Below, one piece after another: positions 24,036 to 37,709 of a DNA stretch of 64,000 nt (its first letter is position 1; every line of letters begins with the position of its first letter). Position numbers and translations under genes: made by a program. The DNA is from Neoconidiobolus thromboides FSU 785 (lineage: Eukaryota > Fungi > Entomophthoromycota). The notes under the pieces are model-generated. The model ran no database searches and was not told the origin of the DNA. It saw nothing but the letters and a program-made list of their open reading frames with translations. The stretch is from assembly GCA_025603075.1 (NCBI GenBank), contig MU626263.1, positions 62,001 through 126,000 of the forward strand, in the 5' to 3' direction.

Positions 24036-25961
24036 ATGAATCAATTATTGGTACTATTATCGCACTTAAATTATTTCCTATTAGGTTTATTTATACTATC
24101 TCCTTTTATTCTACTACTTATATCCTTTATATTCCATCTTCTCACCCCTTCTACTCCTATTCTTTCCTGGCCTTCACTACCTAATCAATATTCAACAACT
24201 CCTTCTCCCTCTGCTTATGGCTCCAACTTAAAACCAAAAGAAAAACGAGGTTGGATTAAAGTGAGTACAACACCAAATCCAATTCAAGAAGCAACGATGT
24301 TAGAGATGGTACAAGATGTGTTATTAACTCAATGGTATAATAGTACGTATTTTTTAAGCTCTTCTAAAGAGTTATTGAAATGGGGTAAAAGCATATCTAA
24401 TTTATCGTATTTAATATCACCTAAAAAATATACTGAAGAATGGGAAGAGAAAGAGGGGCAGGGAGGAGGAGAATTATCGAAAGAAAATCAAGATAAAGAT
24501 AAATATGAGGAAAAAGAAGAAAAAGAGGAAGACGAAGAAGAAGAATATTTGATAGCATCGAAGGAAGAATATCAACTCTTGGAAGAAAATTTAAAAACAA
24601 ACGATTATCGGAAAAAACGAATGCACATCACCACTTCAAGTGAAGAAATTGGAGGTAAATGGTATTATACAGTATTAAAAGAGAAAAAATTATATTTTTT
24701 TACTAATGAAAAACAAGAAGAATTAATATTTTTGTTAAATTTAAATCTATACGATGTGGGTCTATTTCCTTTTAATCTAGAAGAGAATGAATTATTTCAG
24801 TATAAATATCCAATACTATTAGCAAGTTTCTCACAGCCTAAATTAGATCCCCAAAATCCTTCAACTAGATCCAGTCATGAAGTTTATTATTTAAGTAAGA
24901 AGGAGAGAAATCAAATGAAAAGAGAAGAAGAGGATGCAAAAGTGAAGGTTATCAAAGGGTTCAATGTTAATCAAAAGAATAGGAAAAGTTATTTACCTAA
25001 TTATTATTTATATTGTGAAAATAATTTAGATAAAGAAGATTGGTATTTAGCATTTTATAATCATTGTAGGTATTTGTTTAGTAATAATGGAATGAGTAAA
25101 GAACTATTAAACAATAAAGAGAATAAACAAGAAAACAAGGAAGGGAAAGAAGATAAAGAAAAGGAAGAAAAGGAAGAAAGTGTGATTATAAATAATAATT
25201 TATTAAATAATAGTATTAAATTGAAGTTTAATTCATTAGATCCTATTAATTATTTGGATTTTTTATTAAGGATTATTGGTATGAATCAAATTAATAATAA
25301 TAATAATAAACGAGATGTTAAAAATAACGATAAAGAAGATAGCGAAGATAAAGACGAGGATAAAGACGAAGATAAAGGCGAAGATAAAGATAAAGATAAA
25401 GATAATAAAGATAATAGTAACAGCAATGGTAATAGTACTTCAGATAGCAAAAAAGACATAAATAGTAATAATAGTAAAGATAACAATAACAACATTAATT
25501 CAGATCAAAGTATGTTATGGATTAATTCGATACTTCATCGAATTTATTTTTCAATTAAAGATTATGAATTCAATTTGAACAAAATTCAAACAATAATTAA
25601 TAACAAAATACAAATTAAAAATCCAATTCAACAATTTATTTCAGTTCAAATTAACAAATTTCAATTATTTGATCGATTTCCATTTTTATATCAAATACCA
25701 CAATTAAATTATAATATTATTAAAGGGGATTTAAAGTTGGAGATACCATTTTATTTCTTTGGTAATGTAGTATCTTTGAGAGGAAACGTAAAAATCAACA
25801 AATTAGATAAGTGGGAATATAAACAAATGGAGACAACAAAATATTTTCAAAAAGTACATAATGTAAATATTAATTGTTTTTTATTTATTTATAATCAACT
25901 TATTGAATTATTAAATTTTATTTTATTTTATTTTAACTTTAATTTTTATTTACAAGTTTGG

Positions 25962-26027
<66 letters not shown>

Positions 26028-26939
26028 GATTATTATTCAAGTGAATTAATTATTAATATACTACCATATCCAACAAATACGATTTATTTATCCTTAAATG
26101 AATTACCTTCTAATCAACAATTAAATATACAGTTTACTATAAATAATCGTAGTTATTTAATACCACAAATTATAAATCAATTGATATTAAATTGTATTCA
26201 AAAAAAGATAGTGGGACCTAATAAAATTAACATATGTTTACTAAATAATGAATATTACAAAAATAATTATTTAGAAAATAGTGAAGGGGTTTTAAGTGAT
26301 AATGACAGTTTGATTACATTAAATAATAAAATGGAATTGTTACCTAAATTGATTGAAAGATTAATGAGTAATACAACTATTAATAATAATAATAATAATA
26401 ATAGCAACAATAATAATAAACCTATTACAACGATGAACGTTAATTATGAATATAAACAGCAATACAAATTTATGTCGTATAATTTACATTCTCCTATTAT
26501 AATACCTAAAATTAATTTATATGAACCATGGAAATTAACATTAACTAACAAGAAAAAGAAATATTACTCAACTATAAATATCAATAATAATTTGTTATTA
26601 AATTATTTACCTTTATCTTTGCCATCCGTAGATACTAACAATATTTTATTTTTTAATAATAGTAGTATTTGTAATAATAATGATAATGAAGATAACAAGA
26701 GTGAATTGAGTAAACAAAGCAAACGTTATAGTTTATTAAGTTTTAGAGACAACCAAAGTATTATTAGTAATAATAATACTAATAACAATAATAAACAGTC
26801 TCAAAACAATAATAACAATTATGATAACAAATTTAATTCATTACCAATCAAAATCAATAATTTATGGTTACCAAAGAAAAATAATAGTATTGCGACAATT
26901 AATAATACTTTATTAGTACAAAAATTATTTGAAAATTAA
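24036..26939 (+). CDS. NVJ2: TM-PH-SMP lipid-transfer protein, NVJ2/TEX2-like, with Asn-rich insertions
   Basis: N-terminal TM; PH-like WYYTVLKEKKLYFF...YCENNLDKEDWYLAF; SMP-like LWINSILHRIYF...IINILPYPTNTIYL...IVGPNKINI. Confidence 0.7.
25965..26024 (+). repeat. (AAT)20 microsatellite encoding poly-Asn
   Basis: 20 tandem AAT units in frame. Confidence 0.95.
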
Positions 26940-26968
26940 TATTCAATTTATTCTAATTATTAATATTA

Positions 26969-28923
26969 TTATGGAATTGTATGAACTATGTTTGGCATTA
27001 AATTATAATCTTTTAATAATTTACGGAATGCTAATTGTATAGCTTTAACCTAATTCAAATTTTATACTATTAATTTAAATTTATTAATCATCAAAAAATA
27101 GTTTACCTTTTTATCATCTTTTGAATAAATTGTTAATGAAATTTCACTAAATTGCTGAGGTACCATGGCACTAACATTATCTTTAGGTATATAATGACCA
27201 GCTATAATTTAATTTATTATTAGTTATATTTGTTATAGATATTATATTATTTATTTACTATTTAAATCATGTCTTGAGTAAAATTTCACATAATCTACTG
27301 GATTTTTTTCTCCTTTACCAAAATTCAATTTAAACCAATCTACTATTATATCTTCATTATTGATTGATACTTCAGAACTACTTTGATAGTTTGATATTAA
27401 TTCAGGTGTAATTATATCCTATATTAACAATAATATTGTTAATAAGTATATATTATTATATGTTTTATATTTTATAGTGTGTTTAATTTTTACCTTTGTA
27501 ATCTTATCTTTATATTGAATTGGTATCATTATTTGATCAACAAATTTATACAATTGTCTTTTACGTATTCTTTTAATAATTTGTCTACTTTCTTTTAATT
27601 CCTAAATAATTTAATGGTTTGATTATGAATCAATAATGATAAGTAATAATTTATTACCTCTTCTTTTGATTTTTCAATTTCTTCAATGATATTATCATTT
27701 AAATATAAATATTCTTCTGGATTAAATATCTTATCCGATAATTTTAAGGTTGGTTCTGCTTTTAAGAAGATATCAACAATCATCATGTCCATGGATCGAC
27801 CTATTAAACAAAAGTTATATTTATTTCATTGGTTCTATTTGTTTATTAAACTTACAAGTTTTATTAGCACAAACTTTTTTAAATAAATTATATCGAGTAC
27901 GAAACATATCATAAATATTATATACTTCTTTTTGATGATAGCAAATTTGATTTTCTATTACTCGGCTTAAACTTATTAATCTAAAATAATATTATTATCA
28001 ATTTATTATTATCAGTGCTATATAAATATATTACTATTATTACCTATCTAAATCGAAAGAATTTTTCATGCCCAAGTTATAACAATCTCTTTGAATATAA
28101 TCAAATTTATCCACATCCATAGAATTTCTTTTATTAGCTACAATATCAAATAAAAAACCTTTCTCCCTTTGATTACTTAATATTGGATCTTCTCCCAATA
28201 TTAATTGTTTAATGTATTTTACTTGTCCTTCTTCGATTTCGATATTATTATCATCAATTAAATAATCCAACATCATATTTGAAGCTTGTTCATGATTCCA
28301 ATTTAATTCTGGTCTAAAATTTAGTAATTAATAAAAAACTAATTATCATTTATCGATTGTTATTTATAATTATAAATTTACCTAACTCTTTTTATAAACT
28401 CATTATCAAATAAATGACTAAAAGGACCATGACCTAAACTAATAAAACTAACTCTTCAAATAAAAAACAATATCTCACTTACCTAAATCATGACATAAAC
28501 CAGCCAATTTAATCGATTTTTTATCATAATAATTAATGTCCAATTCTGGTTGAATTTCTCTTAAATGTTGAATATAAGTACCAGCTAAATGAGATACACC
28601 TGAATTAAATAATGTTATTATAAAACTCATTGAAACTTTATTTTAAATTAATTCAATTTACCAATAGAATGTTCAAATCGTCGATGACTTGTACCTGGGA
28701 ATACCATATAGGCATTACCATTTTGATGTAAATTACGTAGCCTTTGAAACTGAGGTGTATCAATAAAATCTTTAAGGTAGGGTTCTAAGTTGATATAACC
28801 CTATTATGTGTTTTTTAGTATGATATGTGTTATTATTATTGTATTTGTTACATGAATAGGATCACTTATATGGATAGGGTTACTTAGTTGAGTATCGTCG
28901 AAATCGTTAACGATTTTATTCAT
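26969..28923 (-). CDS. SAMHD1-like HD-domain dNTP triphosphohydrolase, multi-exon
   Basis: [46 protein letters not shown] and [23 protein letters not shown] 28923, stop 26969-26971. Confidence 0.92.
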
Positions 28924-29132
28924 TTTAAAAATTAAAAGTTAAAAATTGCTAAAAATTTTGGATGTTAATAACATAATGTCATAATGTTATTAAACTATTT
29001 TTAACTTTTTAAAAACGCATTTTTACTTTCAAATCAAGTTAAATAATGAAAAAATCAAATAAAGAAATAAAAAACAAAAATTTAAAAAAATATGACTATA
29101 TAATTTTATTATTACTACTGTTATTATTATTA

Positions 29133-30615
29133 TTAAAGTAAATTTTCTTTCAATATCAACAAAGATATAAGTATCCAAATATTCATTACTGATAACGAAT
29201 AACCTTTAGAATTGGTAGGTAAAGTACCATCTTCCAACATATCTTTAGGACAATCACTTCGAATATTACAAAAGGCGGCTTGAGGAGCACATACTGCTCT
29301 CTTTTTATAATCAATTTTCGTTTGAGATGCAGTAAATTCAATTAATTCTTCTTTATAACTTTGTTTATTAAAAGAACCGCCTAATTGCCAAAAAAAGATA
29401 CCAGCTAAATCTTTTAATTCAATATAATCTAATACTTCTTTAATTGAAATTTCATCACTATAAGTTAAAAATTCATTGGTTTGATTATTATATAGCCAAG
29501 TAGCCTTACTAGTATCATCCCAATATCTTGTAAAATTATCATTAGTTAAATATTTTTCTTTAATTGTATTATAAAATATAGGTTCAAATTGTTGATTGGA
29601 AGTGGAATTAGCTGCTTTAGGAATTTGTTTAGCTTTTTGAAATAAACCTCGATCAATTTCATTGCTTCCATTGTTTGTTGTTGTTGCTTGTGTTTTGACC
29701 ATAATTCCATATAATGGTTGTCCGATTATTATTTTATTATTTGGAAAATACTTCAAAGCTTCAGTAACTGTATCATTAATAGACATAGCACCATAAGATT
29801 CAGAGGTTGTAAATAAAGGTGAATTATGTAATGCTCTATCGGAACCTGGAGAAGCATCATATGTCATTAAATTAATAAAATCTACTTGATTAGCTAATTT
29901 TGGCATAATCGATTTAGTATCATTGGTTTTAAAAGCAGAAGGTAATAAAGCTACCGATATTAAATATCTTTTGCTGTATTGATAATTATTTAATTCGTTT
30001 CTAGTCTGTGTTAATAAATTATTAAAATTATCCCATTCTTTGGAATTTGTCGGATACTCCCAATCATAATCAATGCCATCCATACCGTAGTCTAATGCTA
30101 ATTTAACACAAGATTTAGCTAAATTATTAATACGATCTTTACTACTTGTCGCCATTGTAAAATTTTTTTTACTTATATCTGAAGCACCTCCTACACTCAT
30201 TAATATTCTCATATGAGGATTATCTTTTTTTAAGCCAAATAAAGCACCATAATTTCCATTTCCACGAGCATCTGAATTACATGAAGAATTACCATTGTTT
30301 CCTAATTTAACTAAAGGTAATGCCGTTTGATCTTGTGTATCATAGAATAGATCCTGTACTACACATTCTGCTCTTTCTCCATGAACTACTGCAAAGGCAT
30401 AAATTGTGTGTGTTAATCGTGGTGATACATTAGTTACATTGATTCTTGCTTCAATTGGGGTTTGACTTTGTGTATGAAAATATCCCATCATGAATCTAGA
30501 TTTACTATTAGTGCTGTTAGTATTATTATCTTTAGGTCGATATGTTTCGATGGTAATATTATTGCCAGTAGAAGAAGATGTTGAAGCATTATTGGATTTC
30601 GTTGTTGGTGTAGTT

Positions 30616-30665
<50 letters not shown>

Positions 30666-30728
30666 TAGTTGAGAATAAATGAAGTTGCATTGTATAATGA
30701 AGATAAACAAACTGGCGATAAAATTCAT
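29133..30728 (-). CDS. Secreted GH18 chitinase, intronless, possible GPI signal
   Basis: Likely start MNFIASLFIF at 30728 (signal peptide). SVGG and catalytic DGIDYDWEYP, INLMTYD, WDD...WLYN and GIFFWQL motifs; hydrophobic C-terminus. Confidence 0.95.
30618..30665 (-). repeat. (AAT)16 microsatellite encoding poly-Asn in the chitinase N-terminus
   Basis: 16 tandem ATT units on the + strand. Confidence 0.95.
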
Positions 30729-32399
30729 ATTATAAAATAAAATATAGAAAAAACAAAGAAAGTTCAAATGGGGATAGAAGTATTAATATAGTTAGATATA
30801 AAATTATTTTTTTTTAAAAATAGGAAAAATTGATAAACTATTAAGTTGTATTATTATTATGTTATAAAGTTTCAAACTTCTTTTTATAATAACTTTAATT
30901 AATTATTATTAGTTTATAATAATTTCAAATTATCTCTTTTTTTTTGATTTATTTTTTAATAAATTTTTGTAAATTTGAATAGTTTTATATCTCAATCAAC
31001 CTATTAAATCATTCCATTTTGAGCTTTAGGTAAAAATGAGGGGTATTGGAATACATCTTTTTCAACTTTGTTACTACTAATTTAGGTAGTAAAACTCAAG
31101 TTCAATAACTCAATACTCAATTAATATTCAAAAATATATTGATTTGAGTATTAATAAAATAAAAAAAGGAAGCTATTAGCTGGGGTTAACATATTTATAG
31201 AACAATTAAAATAGCTTGTTCGAATCCTATGTATATATTTGCTTATTTAGTATAGTAAAGATTAAAGATTTTTATACTAAAGCATTTGTTTGTGTAGTTA
31301 TCAATTTTTAGTCTGATAGTTAATTCTATAGCAGATTAATATTGAAATTTTATACTAGCTTCAAAAGTTACTTTTTCGCAAAATTAGTTTTTATTTGCTT
31401 ATAATATTATAATAGTACACTAATAGAAATTCGATCCTATTGTGATAATAATAGTACCATTTCAATTGAGCCAAGGAAAACCCCAAATAAAAAGAGTTGT
31501 ATTTACTGTGGCTATCATTAATAACTAAGTATTAAAAAATACTTTAAAAAATTCATCAATATTAATATTCTCTTATAAAAAAACATGTTTATAACGTATA
31601 ACTTTTCTCATGTGGAAAGAACTAACAGTTTTCAAATTATTTTACAAAAATAGTAAGTTTTCAATTCTAATTTGATGCATACTAAATTTTAGCTTTAACC
31701 GAAAATTTTTGATAAAATAACATTCTGAGTTTGAGTTTCGTCACTTTTATTCTAAATGTAGTTTTGAGCTGGAGATAATTTAATTAAAACTTAATTTGCT
31801 TGAAAAAAAGATTATTGTTGAAAGTAGGACACTATTTAAGAAATTATTTAGACTATAAATAAACAAAATTTAAACACATTTATTCATTTCCAATTACATT
31901 TCAACTATCTTTTATCTCTTTGTTTATATCAAATGACAATGAGTTTTTTCCCTAAATCTATAACAACCAAACTATTTAAAGTGATTCTTATTTAAAACTA
32001 GTATTTTTTTAATATTTTATAATCACTTTACCCATTTGGTAGACAGTAATGACTCATTTGTGTATTATGGTATTGAGCTGGTATAAAATTCAAAGTAATA
32101 GTGTAACAATACAATCAAATTATAAGAACTATCTAGAAATAGCACTTAATGATCTAAATTGAATTTCTATTATTAATTCGGTTAAAGTAGACTTTCAAAC
32201 TTTTATTTAGTTTTAGTTTTATTTAAAGTCTTCTTTAATACTGGCAAATGTGATATTCTTTAATGCCTTCTAAATGAAAACTTCACTAAATTAAAAAAAG
32301 GATTTTACTTTAAATCAAATAGTAAAAAAAAGCATTAGATAAAATAAAAGATATTGATTGATTAATTTTAAAATTCAATATCCTTACTTACAAGTATAA

Positions 32400-33534
32400 C
32401 AAGATTGATAACTCAACTGTTAATAATAACGAAATAGATATAATTTTTAAAAAGCATAAAAAATAACAGAAATACAAAGCACTAGAAAATATTTAAATAT
32501 TAAATATAGTGATAAGCTATATCATCATCCAGTATCTCATAAACTAAAAAAAAGTAATATAATCTTAATTAAAGTTATAAAGTCTATAGAAAATAACAGG
32601 AAGCTCAGAAGCTTCAATGTTTACTAAGTAAGTAAGCAGTTTATTAAATGATAGAAATCAATCATTAAGTGCTAACATTACTCAAGTTACTAATGGCTAA
32701 GTTAACAAATAATCAAAGAGTGAGTAGTTATAATAAATGAAGACTATTATTATATTGTTTATATTACATAAAAATAGTTAATTATACCTTTAAGACTAAC
32801 TAATCCTTCTCATGAAATTACTTATTAGCTTAGTAATATATTAATAACTATTGTGAAATCTGGTACTTAGTAATTGGAGTCAAGAACAGCTATTGCTGGG
32901 TTGACTACACTTTAAGTCGAAAAGTCTTAGTTTATGTGACTAAGATGGACTTGGATTATGAAGAATAGCACGTAATAGGCTATGGACTATGTAAGACAAA
33001 TAGAATAGACGATACTAATGTAAAATCTATGTAAAATACTATTAAGTAAACTTATTGACTTTATTAAATGTACGAGGTATCAGCAAATAATTCAGTTAAA
33101 AAGCCTTGAGTTGCTATGTTTTAAAATCTCTTTTATACTCTGACAAGTATAAATATCAAAACGAGAGGATAATATCCTTTGAGACGAAGATAGAAATTCT
33201 CATAGTAAATTAAACTAAAAGCGTGGGATTGATTGTCTCTGAACTCGAGAACACGACAGCTTAGGCGATTATTATGCTATAATTAACCATGGGGCTGAAA
33301 AAGCAATATTTCATACTATAACATTAAAATAAGTCATTTATTTAATAACAGATTTGCAATGTTGGCTACAAAGCAGTCAATAGTAAACATTTCTTAATAA
33401 GATTTTATAGTAATATTTATTTATTTATATATTACAGCTTTGATTAATATTAATATATAGGCTATATTAGTAGAAGCCTTTCTAATCTGAGAATTTCTAC
33501 TAAATTTAATAAAAACTCTGCTAATTTACAATAT
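32400..33534 (+). mobile_element. Longest copy (C-B-A) of an unclassified degenerate ~1.1-kb element
   Basis: Contains contiguously all three segments that appear rearranged at 10483-12235; decayed reading frame on + at ~32870-33320. Confidence 0.65.
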
Positions 33535-33631
33535 GGGGTGTTTTTTTTAGCTTTATTGCTTTTTCCATATTTTAAGTACGATTTGAGCAGAAAATTTGCT
33601 AGTAAAATTATCAAACAAAAAAATATATTCC
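33535..33631 (-). mobile_element. ~97-bp MITE-like repeat, copy 10
   Basis: atat|ggggtgttttttttagctttattgctttttccatattttaagtacgatttgagcagaaaatttgctagtaaaatt... Confidence 0.82.
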
Positions 33632-33995
33632 TAATATAAATTATAATAAAATGATTTAAAACTGTGTTGGATACTTTTGCTTTCTAATAAAGAACTTATT
33701 TTTACAGAATCTTAACCAAGTTTTTAAAGTATATATTTAAAAATCAAGTGAAAGAATGAAACCAATTCGGACATCCACATATATTAAGCTTCCAAAAGGA
33801 TTAGAACCCGGATCTTATGAGATGGGTTATATAATTAAACAGATGTCCAACCAAATCAGTCTACTTTTGAAAGACAGCTCCATATGATTGACTCATACGC
33901 CGAATTTTATAAATTGGTTGTGTGCACCATCAACTGTACTACAAAGTAGTTTTTCCTAAAAACATATTGGAATTGTATTTAAACAAAAATATTTA

Positions 33996-34088
33996 GGGAT
34001 GTGTTTTTTCTCTAAGGATTTTACTGTGAATTTTTCTAGCTAATAGCACTTAAGAAGTGGAAAAAATAATGAAACCAAAAAACACCGC
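33996..34088 (+). mobile_element. ~97-bp MITE-like repeat, copy 11
   Basis: gggatgtgttttttc...taatagcacttaagaagtggaaaaaataatgaaaccaaaaaacaccgc|atat. Confidence 0.8.
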
Positions 34089-34522
34089 ATATTTAGATTT
34101 TTAATAGCAATACACTTTTTTTTTAAAATGTATAATCCTAGCGATTTAGGTTGCAAGCAAAAATAACAAAAGCTCAACAAAATGCTAGAAATTTGTAGTA
34201 TTTTAGCTTTTTGATTGCAATTGCTAACCACTGGAGTTTCATACTGTAAAAAGAGTATATTTTTAATTGAAAGCTCCTTTTTATGAAGCTAAAATGTTCA
34301 AAATTTTATATCCCAATAAATATATAAACAGTTCAATTTAGTCTAAATTAATAGTAAAATAAGATTTCAGCTTAATTTTGAATTTTTATCAAGTAGGCGT
34401 TTAAAGAACTCTTCAGACTAGAATTTATTTAAATGAATGTATGAGAATCTAAGGAAAATTAAGTAAAATATTTAGCTGTTTTAAATGCATTTCAAATATG
34501 TTTACCTCTTTATTTGTAATAA

Positions 34523-36063
34523 ATGACCACCAGTTATTTTTATCAAGCTCTTAGCGATTGTACTATTTTAGGTAATTATTACAAAACCATTTTATTTTTT
34601 AAGTTATCTACAAATATTTTACAAGCTCAGTTGGTAATAATTGCTTATTTATATGTTGTATTGTTTAACTCATATCAAATTAGAAATAATGTTTCATTTA
34701 AGCATTTGATAGTAGGTCTATATAAGACGTGATGGAAGTTAAATAATTAAATAGTTAAATATTAAAGTAAAAAGTTTGCTGTTTTAAAAGATAAAATGAG
34801 GAATTTGAGTATTGTCTACCGATTTATTTTTTTAAATTTACTTAATTTTTGTAGGCAATCAAATACCATCTAATAAAGTTAAAGCAAGTGAAAGTAATGA
34901 TGAAGCAAATTTATTTATTTCAAGGTAAATAGTAATTGATACTAAGTTATGTTAAGTATTTAATTCTAGGAATGAAAACGAAGCTAATATCAATGAGTTG
35001 TTTTATTATAATAAAATAGAAACGGATTTAAACCTCAGTGAGCCATTATTGTACCCAAGTATATATCAAGAAGATATGTATGGTAATTTTTATATTTACT
35101 TTACTTTATTATTTACAAAAATAACTGACTTTTAAAGTATCAACTATGAATGATCCAAATTATTTAAGTATCTTAAATAATTTTACTTATATCAAGTTAG
35201 TACAAAATTACTAAATATTGTTTTAACTATAATTTATCTAATAGTGATTATAATATAGATAATTACTTTACTGAAAATCAAAATTATGAATCTTTATTAC
35301 AACATAATTATTATTCCGAAATATTAAACATTTTATCAACTGACTATACCGTGGATTGGTATCAAATTATACAAAGTAATTTCAATAACAATAGCAAATA
35401 TCAAACTAACTGAGTTTTATTTAGATAACACCGAATTATTAAAGAACCAAGGTAAATAATGTAAAAATCATATTTATAAATAATGATAAATTAGAACTGT
35501 CTTACATCAATGATAATAATAACAATGAGAGCGATAAAAGCACCTTTACAGCTAATACTGCTAATAACAATATTATTGATAATATCAAAACTAAAACTAA
35601 AAGCAGTTTACCCCTAAGGAAGATTGATCCAGATATTGAAATTTATAATCCGCCTAAATTTAAAGGAGATAAATATTCGCCATGTTTTATTAAAGGATAC
35701 AAAGGAAATAAGAAAGGGATGTGTCCAGAGTGTTATTACAAAAAGAATAAGGTCGTTTGGTTAAAGATGAAACATAGTGGGTATTGGTATCACATGAACA
35801 ACATCCATGGTATTGCATCCAATGGATATGGATATAAAGAGCCTATCAAAACAAGAAGTATAGGAAAATTGCCATTATTATTTACTAGTGATAAATATAA
35901 TGATGATAACCAAACAGACCAAGAAATAGAGATCTTACAGGGACTTTGTCATCAATGTTATCAATGGATTGATTTAAATAAATATCCAAATAAATCAAAG
36001 ATTGAGAATTTATTATGGAAGAAACATGTACAAAAGTGCCATTTTAAAAAAAAGGTTATTTAA
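34523..36063 (+). CDS. Rua1/Meu26-like (former DUF4451) C-terminal Zn-binding domain protein; 5' exons uncertain
   Basis: Last exon KYSPCFIKGYKGNKKGMCPEC...VWLKMKHSGYWYHMNNIHGI...GLCHQCYQW...WKKHVQKCH fits the Rua1_C pattern. Confidence 0.75.
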
Positions 36064-36118
36064 GCTGAAATAAACATATTTATAATTATATAATATATAG
36101 TCTATTTTTATTTCTTAT

Positions 36119-37624
36119 TTATGATGGAATCGTTAAATAAACTTGATCAAAATTTTTAAATAAAATTGAACTAGCATTAGTATTATTAGTGTTGATATTA
36201 ATTAAATTATTATAAAATTGAATAATTAATTGTTTTGGATAATACAAACTTATGATATTATCATCATTTAACCAATTTTCTATAATTGTACTATTCTCCT
36301 CCTTATTATAGTATATATAACATTTCAACGTATGTTGTAAATGATTTTTGTTTTCATTAATATCATCATTCATGTTGTTATCATTCCTATTCCAAAGATA
36401 GACTTGCCAGTTGAAAACAAATAACTATCAAATTAAATTAGCAACTCATAATAAGATAAAATCATAATAAACTTACACATAATATTACTCTACCAGTTTT
36501 CCAGTCTTTAAAAATAAATCTAGATGCAGCATTATATCGATTGTTGATACATAAATTTAATAATATTAATTTAATAAAATTTTTACTTTCAATAACTATC
36601 CCTTGACTATTGCTAAATAAATATATTAGCCCTATCTATATAATATAAAATTAAGCTTTTTCTTACTTATTATCAATATTTTTTTGATTTCGACTAATTT
36701 TAACTGCTAATTTATGTAATTTAACCACTCCTTTGATCTCTTTATCTTTCTCATCTTCTTCATTTTGTCTTAGCTCCACCATTCCAAGATAATTGTTACA
36801 ACTGGTACAATTCATTGGTTTACTAATCTCATTCCCCATCCCCTCCTTTAACTCCTAAAAATTACATTAATCAAAGCTCCTTTTAAAAACAACAAGGACA
36901 AAAAAGTACTTACCTTCCAACCCCTAACCTTCTTTCCATTTACTAGCAAATAATTGGAATCCACTAATAAGGTATCTTTATCTGGTAAAAATACTTTATT
37001 GATCACAGGTGTAAAATCTTCTTTATGACAGGTCCAACAATCAATTAACTCTTCCCATCCTTCACGTGGTAGATTCTTTAGTTTTTTGAATAGTCTTTTT
37101 GGGGCATCATCTAAACTTATTTTAAGCTGACTCAAATTCTCTATCACTTCTGTTATATCTGAATCCCCGACAGTGGTGGCGGTAGTGACAATAGGCGCCG
37201 CTTTTGTGTCTTCATCTTCTCTAATAATCAAAGGACACTCACATTTTTCACATAAAACTTGTTGAACATTTAAAAAATCGGTTGCATTCCAATCTTGACT
37301 TAGTAAATTTTCTAGAGTTTCTAAATCGTCTTCTAAGTCTAATTCATCATCTTCCTTTATTTTTTTAAAATTTACTTGTAGTATTTGCGATGAAGCGTTA
37401 AGTGAATGATTGACAAGTTCGAGTTTGAAAGGTAATTGGAAATGTAATGGTGTGTTGGTTAAAGCGAGTTCCAAGATTGTACCGTTTTTGATGCTTAGTT
37501 GAAGATTGTTGAGGGTTATTGGTGTATTGAAATAGATATATAATTTATTAATTTGCTTTAGTAATTCTATTTTTTGAATATTTGATGTTATCACTTCTGT
37601 CTTTGCTGAATTGATATTCGTCAT
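36119..37624 (-). CDS. IPA1: HECT-like E2-binding protein (IPA1/UBE3D family), multi-exon
   Basis: CEKCECPL...KNLPREGWEELIDCWTCH matches LPS.nW.e..d.W.CH; a second CTSC motif and an lSLYYP C-terminus are present. Confidence 0.8.
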
Positions 37625-37709
37625 TATAACAAAAGATCGAAAAGTGGGAAAAATAAATTTAAAAAACCCAAAAAAGGAATAAATGAGTCAGATTTATTTT
37701 TTAACTATA

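Noticed and set aside
31170-31230. A-box-like TAGCTGGGG and perfect B-box GTTCGAATCC suggesting a tRNA or SINE
   Set aside because: The acceptor, D and T stems do not pair, and there is no second copy in the window.
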